DNA of 34,361 nt, from the IMG/VR virus record IMGVR_UViG_3300047283_000041, positions 1 through 34,361 of that record, one strand, 5' to 3'. Below the pieces are notes generated by a model. It worked only from the letters and a program-made list of their open reading frames with translations. It searched no databases and was not told the origin of the DNA. Of the stretch, positions 1 through 8,651 are shown one piece after another. The stretch comes from a virus (taxonomy: Duplodnaviria > Caudoviricetes). Made by a program: the position numbers and the translations under genes. Each line of letters opens with the position of its first letter. The first letter of the stretch is position 1.

Positions 1-1
1 A

Positions 2-85
2 GATTACGAAGGAGACGAAGGACTGGATAGTAACGAGTATGATTCTTTTAATCGTATGGATAATAGGGTTGACAATGATATTTAA
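2..85 (+). CDS. 3' end of an upstream gene (partial, acidic C-terminus)
   Basis: Open frame from the window edge reads DYEGDEGLDSNEYDSFNRMDNRVDNDI* with TAA at 83-85. Confidence 0.5.
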   Translation, partial: DYEGDEGLDSNEYDSFNRMDNRVDNDI

Positions 86-97
86 ATATGTTATACT
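69..97 (+). promoter_or_regulatory. sigma70-type promoter for the replication arm
   Basis: TTGACA (69-74), 17 bp spacer, TATACT (92-97), with extended -10 TG at 89-90. Confidence 0.85.
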
Positions 98-143
98 ATC
101 TACTAAGTAGTATTTATATAGATAAGTATTTTATATAGTAGAT

Positions 144-181
144 ACTTAGGAGTTAAACTTAGGAGCTAAACTTAGGAGCAA
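144..181 (+). repeat. Tandem 13-bp repeat x3, each copy containing AGGAG
   Basis: acttaggagttaa / acttaggagctaa / acttaggagcaa directly before the ATG at 185. Confidence 0.85.
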
Positions 182-184
182 ACT

Positions 185-349
185 ATGGAAGATAACTACG
201 AAGAAGAAATGCATTACCACTTTGTCGTGCAACATGTAGTCGATTGTGCTGGTCGGTATGGTATCGATGTAGTCTTACAAGATATCGTTGATGCCTGGAA
301 CTTTAGATTAAAAGAACATGATACTACTGCGGAGTTTACCTATGAATGA
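185..349 (+). CDS. Hypothetical protein, 54 aa (not in ORF track)
   Basis: MEDNYEEEMHYHFVVQHVVDCAGRYGIDVVLQDIVDAWNFRLKEHDTTAEFTYE*; AGGAG RBS; stop overlaps the next gene. Confidence 0.75.
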   Translation: MEDNYEEEMHYHFVVQHVVDCAGRYGIDVVLQDIVDAWNFRLKEHDTTAEFTYE

Positions 350-509
350 ACAACCATTATCAGATAAGATTACTCAGGCACTGGATAGAAAACCTATAAC
401 TGAGGATGAACTTGATAGAATCTTAGAATCCTTAGATGTTTACTATAATACTCACGCTGGGGTAGTGCAGTTTGTCAGAGCAATAGAGGCACACCATGGG
501 ATCAAATGA
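342..509 (+). CDS. Small hypothetical phage protein
   Basis: Start moved to ATG 342 (GGAG upstream); ends FVRAIEAHHGIK, a C-terminal pattern seen in small phage proteins. Confidence 0.65.
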   Translation: MNEQPLSDKITQALDRKPITEDELDRILESLDVYYNTHAGVVQFVRAIEAHHGIK

Positions 510-750
510 ACATGGCTACTGTCCAGCATGCGGAGCAGACCTTGATGGTGGTTCGATATGGGAACACTTCTACGCAAAGACAGGATCAGAAGCAGAGGCA
601 GATAAGATTTCTAAAAGCTACGGAGCTACTCGTACCAGTGGTAACTGGGGCAGAGCTCTTGGGATATACAGCATGGAATTAGACAGGACTGTAGGGTGGG
701 AGTGTCCTGATTGTACACATTACTGGGGAAGAAATGAAAATAGAAAGTAA
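496..750 (+). CDS. Zinc-ribbon hypothetical protein
   Basis: CPAC and CPDC cysteine pairs; overlaps both neighbours. Confidence 0.7.
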   Translation: MGSNEHGYCPACGADLDGGSIWEHFYAKTGSEAEADKISKSYGATRTSGNWGRALGIYSMELDRTVGWECPDCTHYWGRNENRK

Positions 751-2371
751 CTTTTTAAAGCACATACCTTGTACTAACTGTGGGTCTTCGGATGCTAACA
801 GTCTATACGATGATGGGCATGAGTATTGTCATAAGTGTACAACCTTTAAGAAGGGCTCAGAGGCGATGGTTCAGGCTGTCCTAAGGGAAGGTATCACCCA
901 CACTGAGAACTCTTCTCCTAAGCAGTTTAAGACAGTCCTAGAGGCATTGGCAAACGTAGAAGCAAACCCAGTTATAGAGCGTGGCATTACTACACAGACT
1001 ATGCACTTCTTTGGTGCAGGTTCTGATAGCTCTAGCTACTACTTTCCATATTGTGATATGACTGGTAAGGTGGTGGCTGCTAAGACTCGCTCGATTACTG
1101 CTAAGGAGTTTAGTGTTATTGGGGATTGGAAGAGTGCTGTGCTATTCGGACAGAACAAATTCCCTCCAGGTGGTAGAGCTATCACGATTACTGAGGGAGA
1201 GTTTGACGCACTGGCTTGCTATCAGTTGACAGGTTCTCGCTATCCTGTGGTGTCCATTCGTAGTGGTGCTACTTCAGCATTGAAGGATTGCCGAGCAAGC
1301 TTCGAGTACCTTGATTCCTTTGATAAGATTGTGATCTGCTTTGATAACGATGAACCTGGACAGCAATCTGCTAATCAAGTTGCTGAATTATTTGGCAGTA
1401 AGGCACACATCTTTAGGTTCAAACAACCTGAGATTAAGGATGCTAATGATTACTTGATTCGTGGTTTAACGAAGGAGTTTGTTGAGCAGTGGTGGGATGC
1501 TGAGAAGTATGTACCTGATGGTATCGTGGCAGGTTCTACATTGTGGGATCTAGTTAATCAACCAGTAGAGAAGGCTGAGGTACAGTATCCGTATTATGGG
1601 ATGAACAATCTTACCTATGGTATTCGCTTAGGAGAACTGGTGACAGTGACTGCAGGATCTGGACTAGGTAAGTCTCAGTTCATGCGTGAGATTGTGTGGC
1701 AGATTCTCAACAAGACTACCGATAACATTGGTCTCATGTTCTTGGAGGAGTCGGTCAAGAAAACTGCTAAGAGTTTGATGTCACTTGCTGCAAATAAACC
1801 ACTACACTTACCTGATTGTGACGCTGATGAGGAGGAACTTAGACATGCATTTGATGCTACCCTTGGAACTGATCGTGTATTTCTGTTTGATCATTTTGGG
1901 TCTACCGCCATTGACAATATTATCAACCGAGTACGCTTCATGGCAAAAGGTCTTAATTGTCGTTATGTATTTCTTGATCACGTGTCGATTGTGGTCAGTG
2001 CTCAGGAGAATGGCGACGAAAGAAAAGCACTAGACGAGATCATGACTAAGCTTCGTACCATTGTGCAAGAGACTGGCATTGCTTTGTTTGTGGTGTCTCA
2101 CCTTAAGCGTCCTGAATCTAAGGGTCATGAGGAGGGTGCTGCTACATCCTTAGCACAGTTGCGTGGGTCAGGGTCGATTGCTCAGCTCAGTGACATGGTC
2201 ATTGGATTAGAGCGTAACGGTCAGCACCAGGATGAGGTGGAGCGTAACACTACCTACGTCCGAGTACTGAAGAATCGCTTTAGTGGTTTAACTGGGTTGG
2301 CTTGTCGTCTTCTATACCGTCGTGATACAGGTAGGATGACTGAGCTCCCTCCTGAAGAGAAGACTTTATAG
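734..2371 (+). CDS. T7 gp4-like DNA primase-helicase
   Basis: N-terminal Zn finger (CTNC...CHKC); TOPRIM motifs (ITEGEFDA, CFDNDEPG, KDANDYL); SF4 helicase Walker A AGSGLGKS, FLDHVS, LRGSGSIAQLSD, KNRFSG. Confidence 0.97.
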   Translation: MKIESNFLKHIPCTNCGSSDANSLYDDGHEYCHKCTTFKKGSEAMVQAVLREGITHTENSSPKQFKTVLEALANVEANPVIERGITTQTMHFFGAGSDSSSYYFPYCDMTGKVVAAKTRSITAKEFSVIGDWKSAVLFGQNKFPPGGRAITITEGEFDALACYQLTGSRYPVVSIRSGATSALKDCRASFEYLDSFDKIVICFDNDEPGQQSANQVAELFGSKAHIFRFKQPEIKDANDYLIRGLTKEFVEQWWDAEKYVPDGIVAGSTLWDLVNQPVEKAEVQYPYYGMNNLTYGIRLGELVTVTAGSGLGKSQFMREIVWQILNKTTDNIGLMFLEESVKKTAKSLMSLAANKPLHLPDCDADEEELRHAFDATLGTDRVFLFDHFGSTAIDNIINRVRFMAKGLNCRYVFLDHVSIVVSAQENGDERKALDEIMTKLRTIVQETGIALFVVSHLKRPESKGHEEGAATSLAQLRGSGSIAQLSDMVIGLERNGQHQDEVERNTTYVRVLKNRFSGLTGLACRLLYRRDTGRMTELPPEEKTL

Positions 2372-2374
2372 GGG

Positions 2375-2403
2375 TTGCTAATATGAACGAAGCATGTTAT
2401 AAT
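2375..2403 (+). promoter_or_regulatory. sigma70-type internal promoter
   Basis: TTGCTA (2375-2380), 17 bp, TATAAT (2398-2403), extended TG. Confidence 0.7.
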
Positions 2404-2406
2404 AAT

Positions 2407-2640
2407 ATGTCTGGTATAAAATGGGGAGGTACTGTCTTATGTTTAATTGGAATAGCGTTAACTAGCTTCAATGTATATCCACTTAATATACTATTTGGAC
2501 TGGTGGGATCAGGCTTGTGGGCTTATGCTGGTGTACTGCAGCGTGACATACCTCTGATCTTGGTTGAGGTTGTAGCAGTTGCCCTGTACTTTGCAGGGGT
2601 GGTCTCTTATGTAACATATTCGTTGCATAAATGGCTATAA
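2407..2640 (+). CDS. Small multi-pass membrane protein (start uncertain, 2383 or 2407)
   Basis: Three hydrophobic segments: KWGGTVLCLIGIALTSF, ILFGLVGSGLWAYAGVL, IPLILVEVVAVALYFAGVV. Confidence 0.7.
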   Translation: MSGIKWGGTVLCLIGIALTSFNVYPLNILFGLVGSGLWAYAGVLQRDIPLILVEVVAVALYFAGVVSYVTYSLHKWL

Positions 2641-2670
2641 GGTAACATTTATATTACATTAAGGAATGAT

Positions 2671-2835
2671 ATGAGTTTATTACAGATGCCTAAGGTTATT
2701 GAATCAGTCAATGAACTAGGTGCTAAGGTTGCTAAGTTAGAACTGATGGTTAAAGAATTACAGGATGCTTTTGTTATGGCTACTCAGCAGACTATCGTTA
2801 AAGAAGTTGAGAAGCGTGCTCCTAAATCTAAATGA
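2671..2835 (+). CDS. Hypothetical coiled-coil protein, 54 aa (not in ORF track)
   Basis: MSLLQMPKVIESVNELGAKVAKLELMVKELQDAF...; AAGGA RBS; ATGA overlap with the next gene. Confidence 0.7.
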   Translation: MSLLQMPKVIESVNELGAKVAKLELMVKELQDAFVMATQQTIVKEVEKRAPKSK

Positions 2836-3053
2836 AAGATGCTATAATCTTAGGGGCTGTGACGCTGGGATTAATAGTAGGGTATACTGCTAATGAATAT
2901 CGACATATGCTAGAGCACATAGAATGTAACAGTTATTCTACTAAGCATTCTAAGTGGGACGGATATGTAGCAAAAGATGAGCATGGACAGCTACGTTGCT
3001 TTTGGTTAGAGCGAGAGTATCCTAATAGGATTAGACAAGGAGTACCAGCATAA
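2832..3053 (+). CDS. Small protein with N-terminal membrane anchor or signal
   Basis: Hydrophobic N-terminus AIILGAVTLGLIVG and two Cys; translationally coupled. Confidence 0.65.
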   Translation: MKDAIILGAVTLGLIVGYTANEYRHMLEHIECNSYSTKHSKWDGYVAKDEHGQLRCFWLEREYPNRIRQGVPA

Positions 3054-3062
3054 AGGATAGGA

Positions 3063-4712
3063 ATGAGAAAGATTATTCTCGACATAGAAACCAACAGTAC
3101 ACACAATAAGATTTGGATGTGTGCTACTAGGGAAATAGGAGGAGACGTAACAGTATGGAAGGAAGCAAGCGAGTTACAAAAGTATTTGGACAGTTGCGAT
3201 TTGATTATCATGCACAACGGAATATGCTTCGATGCCCCAGTACTGAGAAAGAGCTGGAACATTACGATGAAGCAGAACCAGATGTGCGACACGCTCGTAC
3301 TAAGTCGCCTTCTAAGTCCAAGCTTAGAGGGAGGACATAGTCTTGCTGCTTGGGGTCAACGATTAGGTTTTCCTAAAGGAGACTTCAATGACTGGGATGC
3401 TGGGTATTCTGCTGAGATGGAAGCTTATTGTATCCAAGATACTTTAGTAACTGAGAAGTTGTACCTACATTTAACTACTGAATTAACTAGAAATAAATTT
3501 GAAGAGAGGAGTATTAAACTTGAGCACAATGTACAAGCGGTCATTGCAAAGCAAGAAGAAAGTGGATTCAAACTCAACGAAAGGGATGCTATCATTCTTC
3601 TTTCAACGCTGCAAAATAAGTTGGTTGTTCTTGAAACTGAGCTTCAAAACATTTTTCCAACCAAGACAATCTTACGAGTCTCAGAGAAAACAGGCAAGCC
3701 TCTCAAGCCAATCATCGAACCCTTTAACCCAGGAAGTAGAAAGCAAATTGGTGAAAGACTTCAAGAAAAGGGTTGGAAACCCGACAAGTACACGGAAACA
3801 GGGCAGCCAATCGTCGACGAAGGGACGCTCGAAGGCTTAGATTTTCCTGAAGCTAAAGCTATCGCTGAGTACTTGTTACTACAGAAAAGAATAGCACAGA
3901 TTCAATCGTGGTTAAAGGTGGTACAACCTGATGGTAGGGTGCGTGGTAAGGTTATAACGAATGGTGCAGTCACTGGACGAATGACGCACCACAGTCCTAA
4001 CATGGCACAAGTACCTAGTTGTGGTAGCCCCTATGGAGAAGACTGTAGGGATCTTTGGATCGTAGAGAAAGGATATAAGTTAGTAGGTATTGATGCCTCA
4101 GGATTAGAACTGAGAATGCTTGCTCACTACATGAAAGACGATGCGTATATTTATGAGGTCACACAAGGTGATATCCACAGTGCCAACCAAAAAGCTGCTG
4201 GACTCGAAACACGTTCTCAAGCAAAGACGTTTATTTATGCATTCCTCTATGGTGCAGGGGCTGCCAAGATCGGGAAAGTTGTGGGTGCTGGAGCACGAGA
4301 AGGACAAAAGCTTATTGATTCTTTTCTGGAAAACACCCCGAAACTACGAGCACTTAGGGAGAAAGTGGCTAGGATTAGCAAGTCGTCGGGATCATTACCA
4401 GGTCTTGATGGACGTAGATTATACATTAGGTCTGACCACGCAGCACTTAACACACTTCTCCAAGGTGCGGGTGCGATTGTCATGAAGCAAGCACTAGTGA
4501 TCCTAGATGAACGACTGAGCAAGCTCGGTGTTGATTATAAGTTTGTAGCTAATGTGCATGACGAATGGCAGATTGAAGTAGAAGAAGCCTACGCAGATAT
4601 GGTAGGTAAGCTAGGAGTACAAGCTATTGAGCAAGCAGGTCGTGTACTAAAGATGCGATGCCCTCTCAGTGGTGCGTACAAGGTAGGTAATTCATGGAAG
4701 GAAACACACTGA
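3063..4712 (+). CDS. polA: Family A DNA polymerase (T7 gp5-like) with 3'-5' exonuclease
   Basis: Exo motifs DIET, HNGICFD, YCIQD; motif A GIDASGLELR; motif B RSQAKTFIYAFLYG; motif C NVHDEWQ. Confidence 0.97.
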   Translation: MRKIILDIETNSTHNKIWMCATREIGGDVTVWKEASELQKYLDSCDLIIMHNGICFDAPVLRKSWNITMKQNQMCDTLVLSRLLSPSLEGGHSLAAWGQRLGFPKGDFNDWDAGYSAEMEAYCIQDTLVTEKLYLHLTTELTRNKFEERSIKLEHNVQAVIAKQEESGFKLNERDAIILLSTLQNKLVVLETELQNIFPTKTILRVSEKTGKPLKPIIEPFNPGSRKQIGERLQEKGWKPDKYTETGQPIVDEGTLEGLDFPEAKAIAEYLLLQKRIAQIQSWLKVVQPDGRVRGKVITNGAVTGRMTHHSPNMAQVPSCGSPYGEDCRDLWIVEKGYKLVGIDASGLELRMLAHYMKDDAYIYEVTQGDIHSANQKAAGLETRSQAKTFIYAFLYGAGAAKIGKVVGAGAREGQKLIDSFLENTPKLRALREKVARISKSSGSLPGLDGRRLYIRSDHAALNTLLQGAGAIVMKQALVILDERLSKLGVDYKFVANVHDEWQIEVEEAYADMVGKLGVQAIEQAGRVLKMRCPLSGAYKVGNSWKETH

Positions 4713-4861
4713 TGGATGAAATTAAACAAGCAGTACTTAAACTTCTAAGACAAGGTAATCATGTATCGACTGTCAGATCACTGCTGCTTCAAGCAGAGAA
4801 AGAACTAGACCAGGCACAGGAGTACTTACAAGCAATCAAAGAATCAAACTTTGCTCCATGA
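4712..4861 (+). CDS. Hypothetical protein, 49 aa (not in ORF track)
   Basis: MDEIKQAVLKLLRQGNHVSTVRSLLLQAEKELDQAQEYLQAIKESNFAP*; TGATG coupling to the polymerase. Confidence 0.7.
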   Translation: MDEIKQAVLKLLRQGNHVSTVRSLLLQAEKELDQAQEYLQAIKESNFAP

Positions 4862-5037
4862 AAATAGCAGAGTTGCCTGAGAATGTAGAACCTTTAGTTA
4901 TCCTAGGAGACGACAATAATTACTTGACTGTCTATACCTGTATGTCTAACGAAGATACTATTGAATTGTTGCGTCGTTCCTTGCATATCCTTGAAATAGA
5001 ACAGGAACAAGCAGCTAATAATTTGCATTTGCATTAA
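4858..5037 (+). CDS. Hypothetical protein, 59 aa (not in ORF track)
   Basis: MKIAELPENVEPLVILGDDNNYLTVYTCMSNEDTIELLRRSLHILE...LHLH*; ATGA coupling. Confidence 0.7.
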   Translation: MKIAELPENVEPLVILGDDNNYLTVYTCMSNEDTIELLRRSLHILEIEQEQAANNLHLH

Positions 5038-5051
5038 AAGTATGATATAAT
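5023..5051 (+). promoter_or_regulatory. sigma70-type promoter upstream of SSB
   Basis: TTGCAT (5023-5028), 17 bp, TATAAT (5046-5051), extended TG; TAAGGAG RBS follows. Confidence 0.8.
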
Positions 5052-5082
5052 ATATATGTAGTTATTTACTAAGGAGAAATAA

Positions 5083-5502
5083 ATGGAACAAGCAAAACCA
5101 GTACCAATCAAAGCCGACCTCTTCTGGGCTTCATTAAATGAGAAGAACAAAATCTCTGAGAAGTTTCAGGTAGATCTTTGCAACCTATCTAAGGATGCTG
5201 TGAAGACTTTGATGGACATGGGTATCAATGTAAAGAATGATGCTGGTAAACCAGACCAAGGATTCTTTGTTACTGCTAAGAGTAAGTTATATCCTATCCT
5301 TGCAGTGGATGAGAAGGGCTCACCAATCAATGTTAAGATTGCTAACGGCTCTAAGGGTGTAGCACTTATCAAACCATACAGCTATAATGTTGGTGGTAAG
5401 AAAGGTGTAGGAGTTGGTATCAGTAAGATCGTAATTAAAGAACTCATCGAGTATACTCCTAAGGGTATGAACTTAGCTGATATCGAGGAAGAAGCTCTTT
5501 AA
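5083..5502 (+). CDS. ssb: Single-stranded DNA-binding protein (T7 gp2.5-like)
   Basis: Lies between polymerase and exonuclease; FWASL, KFQVDLCNL, IANGSKG; acidic C-terminal tail; strong RBS. Confidence 0.75.
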   Translation: MEQAKPVPIKADLFWASLNEKNKISEKFQVDLCNLSKDAVKTLMDMGINVKNDAGKPDQGFFVTAKSKLYPILAVDEKGSPINVKIANGSKGVALIKPYSYNVGGKKGVGVGISKIVIKELIEYTPKGMNLADIEEEAL

Positions 5503-6233
5503 TGCAGATAGCCCTCATTGATGGGGACATTCTAGTATATCGCATTGGCTTTGCTTCAGAAGATGAACCAGAGTCAATAGCGATTTCTAGATGTAGTGAA
5601 TTCTTAGAGAACCTAATTCTCTTCAATGGCTTTGAAGATTACAAAGGGTACTTAACAGGTGGTGATAACTTCAGGCACGAGATAGCTAAGACTGCTCCGT
5701 ATAAGGGTAATCGTAAAGCTGCAAAGCCTAAGCACTACGAACTCCTCAGAGAGTACATGCTTAAGGCATGGAACTTTGAACTGATCGTAGGACAAGAAGC
5801 TGATGACGCTATGGGAATCGCAGCGTATGCTCTTGAACCTGGTGAGTATTGTATTTGTACTATCGATAAAGACTTAGATATGATACGAGGAGATCACTTT
5901 AATTTTACTAAGGATCTTCGCTACTACATTACTGAGGAAGAAGGTATTAGGAATTTTTATAAACAGATTTTAACTGGTGATCGGGTCGACAATGTTATTG
6001 GGATTAGGGGCATTGGAGAAGTTAAAGCAGAGAGAATACTTAAAGAATGCAAAGACGAAAACGAAATGTATACTGCTGTCCTGGAGGCTTACCAAGGCGA
6101 CGAAGCAAGGGTGCTGGAGAACGGACAATTGTTATGGATAAGAAGACAGTCAAACGAAATCTGGAAACCTCCAAAGTTATCTACGTCCAGTGGGTCGACG
6201 CAGTTGCCGACGCAGGATGGGAAGACGAAGTAA
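5502..6233 (+). CDS. 5'-3' exonuclease / RNase H (T7 gp6-like)
   Basis: LIDGDILVY, NFR, YKGNR, EADDAMG, DKDL, LTGDRVDNVIGIRGIGEVKA (helix-3-turn-helix). Confidence 0.93.
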   Translation: MQIALIDGDILVYRIGFASEDEPESIAISRCSEFLENLILFNGFEDYKGYLTGGDNFRHEIAKTAPYKGNRKAAKPKHYELLREYMLKAWNFELIVGQEADDAMGIAAYALEPGEYCICTIDKDLDMIRGDHFNFTKDLRYYITEEEGIRNFYKQILTGDRVDNVIGIRGIGEVKAERILKECKDENEMYTAVLEAYQGDEARVLENGQLLWIRRQSNEIWKPPKLSTSSGSTQLPTQDGKTK

Positions 6234-6475
6234 AAGCAGAAATAGATCTCTGCCATACTGTAGGGTTCTTGATTAGTGAAACAAAAGATGCTTTATGTAT
6301 TGCGTCCACAGTGTCTAAGGATAATAGTAACGCTCGGATACACATACCTAAAGCATGGATAAAGAAACGAAAGGTACTGAAGTTTGAAACCACAGTCAGC
6401 AAAAGCAAAAGGAAGAAAGCTACAGCAGTGGGTGAGAGACCAGATACTCCAACGATTCCCTACGCTGAGCACTGA
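6134..6475 (+). CDS. Phage hypothetical protein overlapping both neighbours
   Basis: Core VQWVDAVADAGW...HTVGFL...IASTV...IPKAWI resembles a common small phage family; start proposed at ATG 6134. Confidence 0.65.
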   Translation: MDKKTVKRNLETSKVIYVQWVDAVADAGWEDEVKAEIDLCHTVGFLISETKDALCIASTVSKDNSNARIHIPKAWIKKRKVLKFETTVSKSKRKKATAVGERPDTPTIPYAEH

Positions 6476-6722
6476 TGATGTCAGAAGCACAAGCATGGGA
6501 GCGAGTGGAGAGGATGTTCAGCTTAGCTCGGCTGCTCGTAGTGTTTTTCCTTTTCAGGTTGAGTGCAAGAATCGTAAAGCTATTGCAGTCTTCAAAGATT
6601 ATGAACAAGCTCAGACGCATGGACTAGTCGAGCCCCTCGTAGTCTTGAAGCAGAACAATAGTAAACCTCTTGTCTTAGTAGATGCTGAGTACTTTTTTGA
6701 TTTAGTAAAACGTGGTAGTTAG
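6384..6722 (+). CDS. PD-(D/E)XK endonuclease, putative Holliday junction resolvase (T5 D14-like)
   Basis: SAKAKGRKLQQWVRD, SMGASGEDV, QVECKN; TTG start. Confidence 0.8.
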   Translation: MKPQSAKAKGRKLQQWVRDQILQRFPTLSTDDVRSTSMGASGEDVQLSSAARSVFPFQVECKNRKAIAVFKDYEQAQTHGLVEPLVVLKQNNSKPLVLVDAEYFFDLVKRGS

Positions 6723-6772
6723 TTACAGAAAGTTTCTGCTGTACAAACTGCTACGAATTATAAGGAAAATAA

Positions 6773-6892
6773 ATGTCAGTAAAGATAATTGAATGGAAAG
6801 TTATTGGAGATAAAGATAACTTCACTGTCCTTGGTATGGATGAACAAGGATGGATTTACTTTTGGAAGGACGCTAAATGGAACATCCTATAA
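6773..6892 (+). CDS. Hypothetical protein, 39 aa (not in ORF track)
   Basis: MSVKIIEWKVIGDKDNFTVLGMDEQGWIYFWKDAKWNIL*; TAAGGA RBS. Confidence 0.6.
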   Translation: MSVKIIEWKVIGDKDNFTVLGMDEQGWIYFWKDAKWNIL

Positions 6893-7113
6893 ATAGATAT
6901 ACATTTGAATTCGTAGAAGGTGATGAAGCAGATGCACGTCATGGCTTTCCTTTTAATAAGGAGATTCGTCATGAGTTTAATATCTCAGCAGATCAGTCTT
7001 GGGACTACGTGCTCAGAGAATTCATAGCATTCTTGTCAAACGTATACGGATATGAAATTAACATAGAGGATTTTGATGCCGACCCATCTAATAATTCCAG
7101 ACTGTCAGGTTAA
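6877..7113 (+). CDS. Hypothetical protein
   Basis: 78 aa ORF in operon with AAGGA upstream; WDYVLREFIAFLSNVYGY segment. Confidence 0.7.
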   Translation: MEHPINRYTFEFVEGDEADARHGFPFNKEIRHEFNISADQSWDYVLREFIAFLSNVYGYEINIEDFDADPSNNSRLSG

Positions 7114-7840
7114 ACCTGGTCATGATTATAGTTATTTAAAAGCGATTGGAAACTACATTGTTAAGAAGCGTCCTGATGTTATTATTAATATTGGCGACTT
7201 TGCGGACATGCCTTCACTATCAAGCTACGACAAGGGAAAGAAGTCTTTCGAGGGCAGACGATATAAGCATGATGTAGCAGCAACGCACGAAGCAATGGAC
7301 ATCTTATTAAAACCACTGCGTGACTTGCAAGCAAGACAGAGGAGGAACAAAGATAAGGTGTACAAACCACGAATGGTATTAACACTAGGGAATCATGAGC
7401 ATCGTATTAATCGTGCAGTTGAAAACGATTCGATGTTAGATGGTACTATATCTATTGGAGACTTGAAGTATGCTGAGGCAGGTTGGGAAGTTATTCCTTT
7501 TGAGCAGCCAGTTATTATTGATGGTGTTTTATATGCCCATTATGTTACTGCAGGTGCTCTTAATCGCCCTGTTGGATCAGCAGCAGCGATTATCTCCAAG
7601 AAACACCAGTCGTGTGTTGTGGGTCATCAACAAGGTAGACAAGTTGCTTACGCTATTCGAGCAGATGGCAAAACGCTTACAGCTATAATCGCAGGGAGTT
7701 GCTATGAACACGACGAAGATTACATGGGGGCTCAAGGCAACCACTATTGGAGAGGTATTGTGGTCTTACACGAAGTTCATGATGGTTGCTTCGATGAGAT
7801 GTTTGTTTCCTTAGACTTTTTAAAGAAGAGGTATTTATGA
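7076..7840 (+). CDS. Calcineurin-like metallophosphoesterase
   Basis: IPDCQ, IGDFADMPS, LGNHE, AHY, GHQQ metal-binding motifs. Confidence 0.9.
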   Translation: MPTHLIIPDCQVKPGHDYSYLKAIGNYIVKKRPDVIINIGDFADMPSLSSYDKGKKSFEGRRYKHDVAATHEAMDILLKPLRDLQARQRRNKDKVYKPRMVLTLGNHEHRINRAVENDSMLDGTISIGDLKYAEAGWEVIPFEQPVIIDGVLYAHYVTAGALNRPVGSAAAIISKKHQSCVVGHQQGRQVAYAIRADGKTLTAIIAGSCYEHDEDYMGAQGNHYWRGIVVLHEVHDGCFDEMFVSLDFLKKRYL

Positions 7841-8148
7841 ATCCAATAGCAATGCCTAAGCCTTACGGATATTCAGACAATTGTCCAGGTGAAATAACAT
7901 TAGAAGAATACTTTCGTAGACTTCAAGTGGAAGAGCCTGAGTTAACTCCTAGGGATACACAGGTAGGAGGGCAACACTATCACAAAGGAGATGGTATACA
8001 ACCTTGGGATATTATAGAAGCATGGGAGCTTGACTTCTGGGAGGGAAATGTGGTAAAATATATACTACGTTGGAAACATAAAGACGGACTGCAGGACTTA
8101 CAGAAAGCGAGACACTACCTTGACTATATCATTAGCAAAAATTCTTAA
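7837..8148 (+). CDS. DUF3310-like protein (T7 gp1.7-related, putative nucleotide kinase)
   Basis: QVGGQHY...IQPWDII...FWEGNVVKYILRWKHKDGLQDLQKARHYLD. Confidence 0.85.
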   Translation: MNPIAMPKPYGYSDNCPGEITLEEYFRRLQVEEPELTPRDTQVGGQHYHKGDGIQPWDIIEAWELDFWEGNVVKYILRWKHKDGLQDLQKARHYLDYIISKNS

Positions 8149-8182
8149 CGATACACATAAATTTTTAGAGGAGCAGAAACCA

Positions 8183-8473
8183 ATGAAGACAGTAAAATTT
8201 AATAAGTTTTTCCCAGACGACAATGCATTTATTACAGTTGATGGACGCATGGATAAGGACGATGATTGGCAAGTTAACTTAACCATTCAGTCTGATACTA
8301 AGAATGCAGTTAACTGGTGGTGTAGTGATTGGAACTACAAAGAATCTGTAGCACAGTTACAAGCTTTTCAAGATGGTGCTCAAAAAGCTATCGACTTTAT
8401 CCTAGCCTGTTCTACGCAGCCAGCCAAGGCAGCTAAAGCTAACGCTACTAAGCGTGCTGCTAAGAAAAAGTAA
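8183..8473 (+). CDS. Hypothetical protein with Ala/Lys-rich tail
   Basis: GAGGAG RBS before ATG 8183; C-terminus PAKAAKANATKRAAKKK. Confidence 0.7.
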   Translation: MKTVKFNKFFPDDNAFITVDGRMDKDDDWQVNLTIQSDTKNAVNWWCSDWNYKESVAQLQAFQDGAQKAIDFILACSTQPAKAAKANATKRAAKKK

Positions 8474-8474
8474 A

Positions 8475-8651
8475 ATGAATCGTACTCTTACACTGCCAGA
8501 GTTAAAAGAACGGTTGAAGAGTTTAGACGAAGTAATGCTTCTGGAGCTACTCGACATAGCTTCAGAAGATTTAGTAGAAACTTTTAGCGATACGATAGAG
8601 AATAATTATAACCGACTTCTAAAAGAAGTAGATTGGGAAGAAACTGAATGA
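8475..8651 (+). CDS. Hypothetical protein
   Basis: LTLPELKERLKSLDEVMLLELLDIASEDLVETF; ATGA coupling to the RNR. Confidence 0.7.
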   Translation: MNRTLTLPELKERLKSLDEVMLLELLDIASEDLVETFSDTIENNYNRLLKEVDWEETE

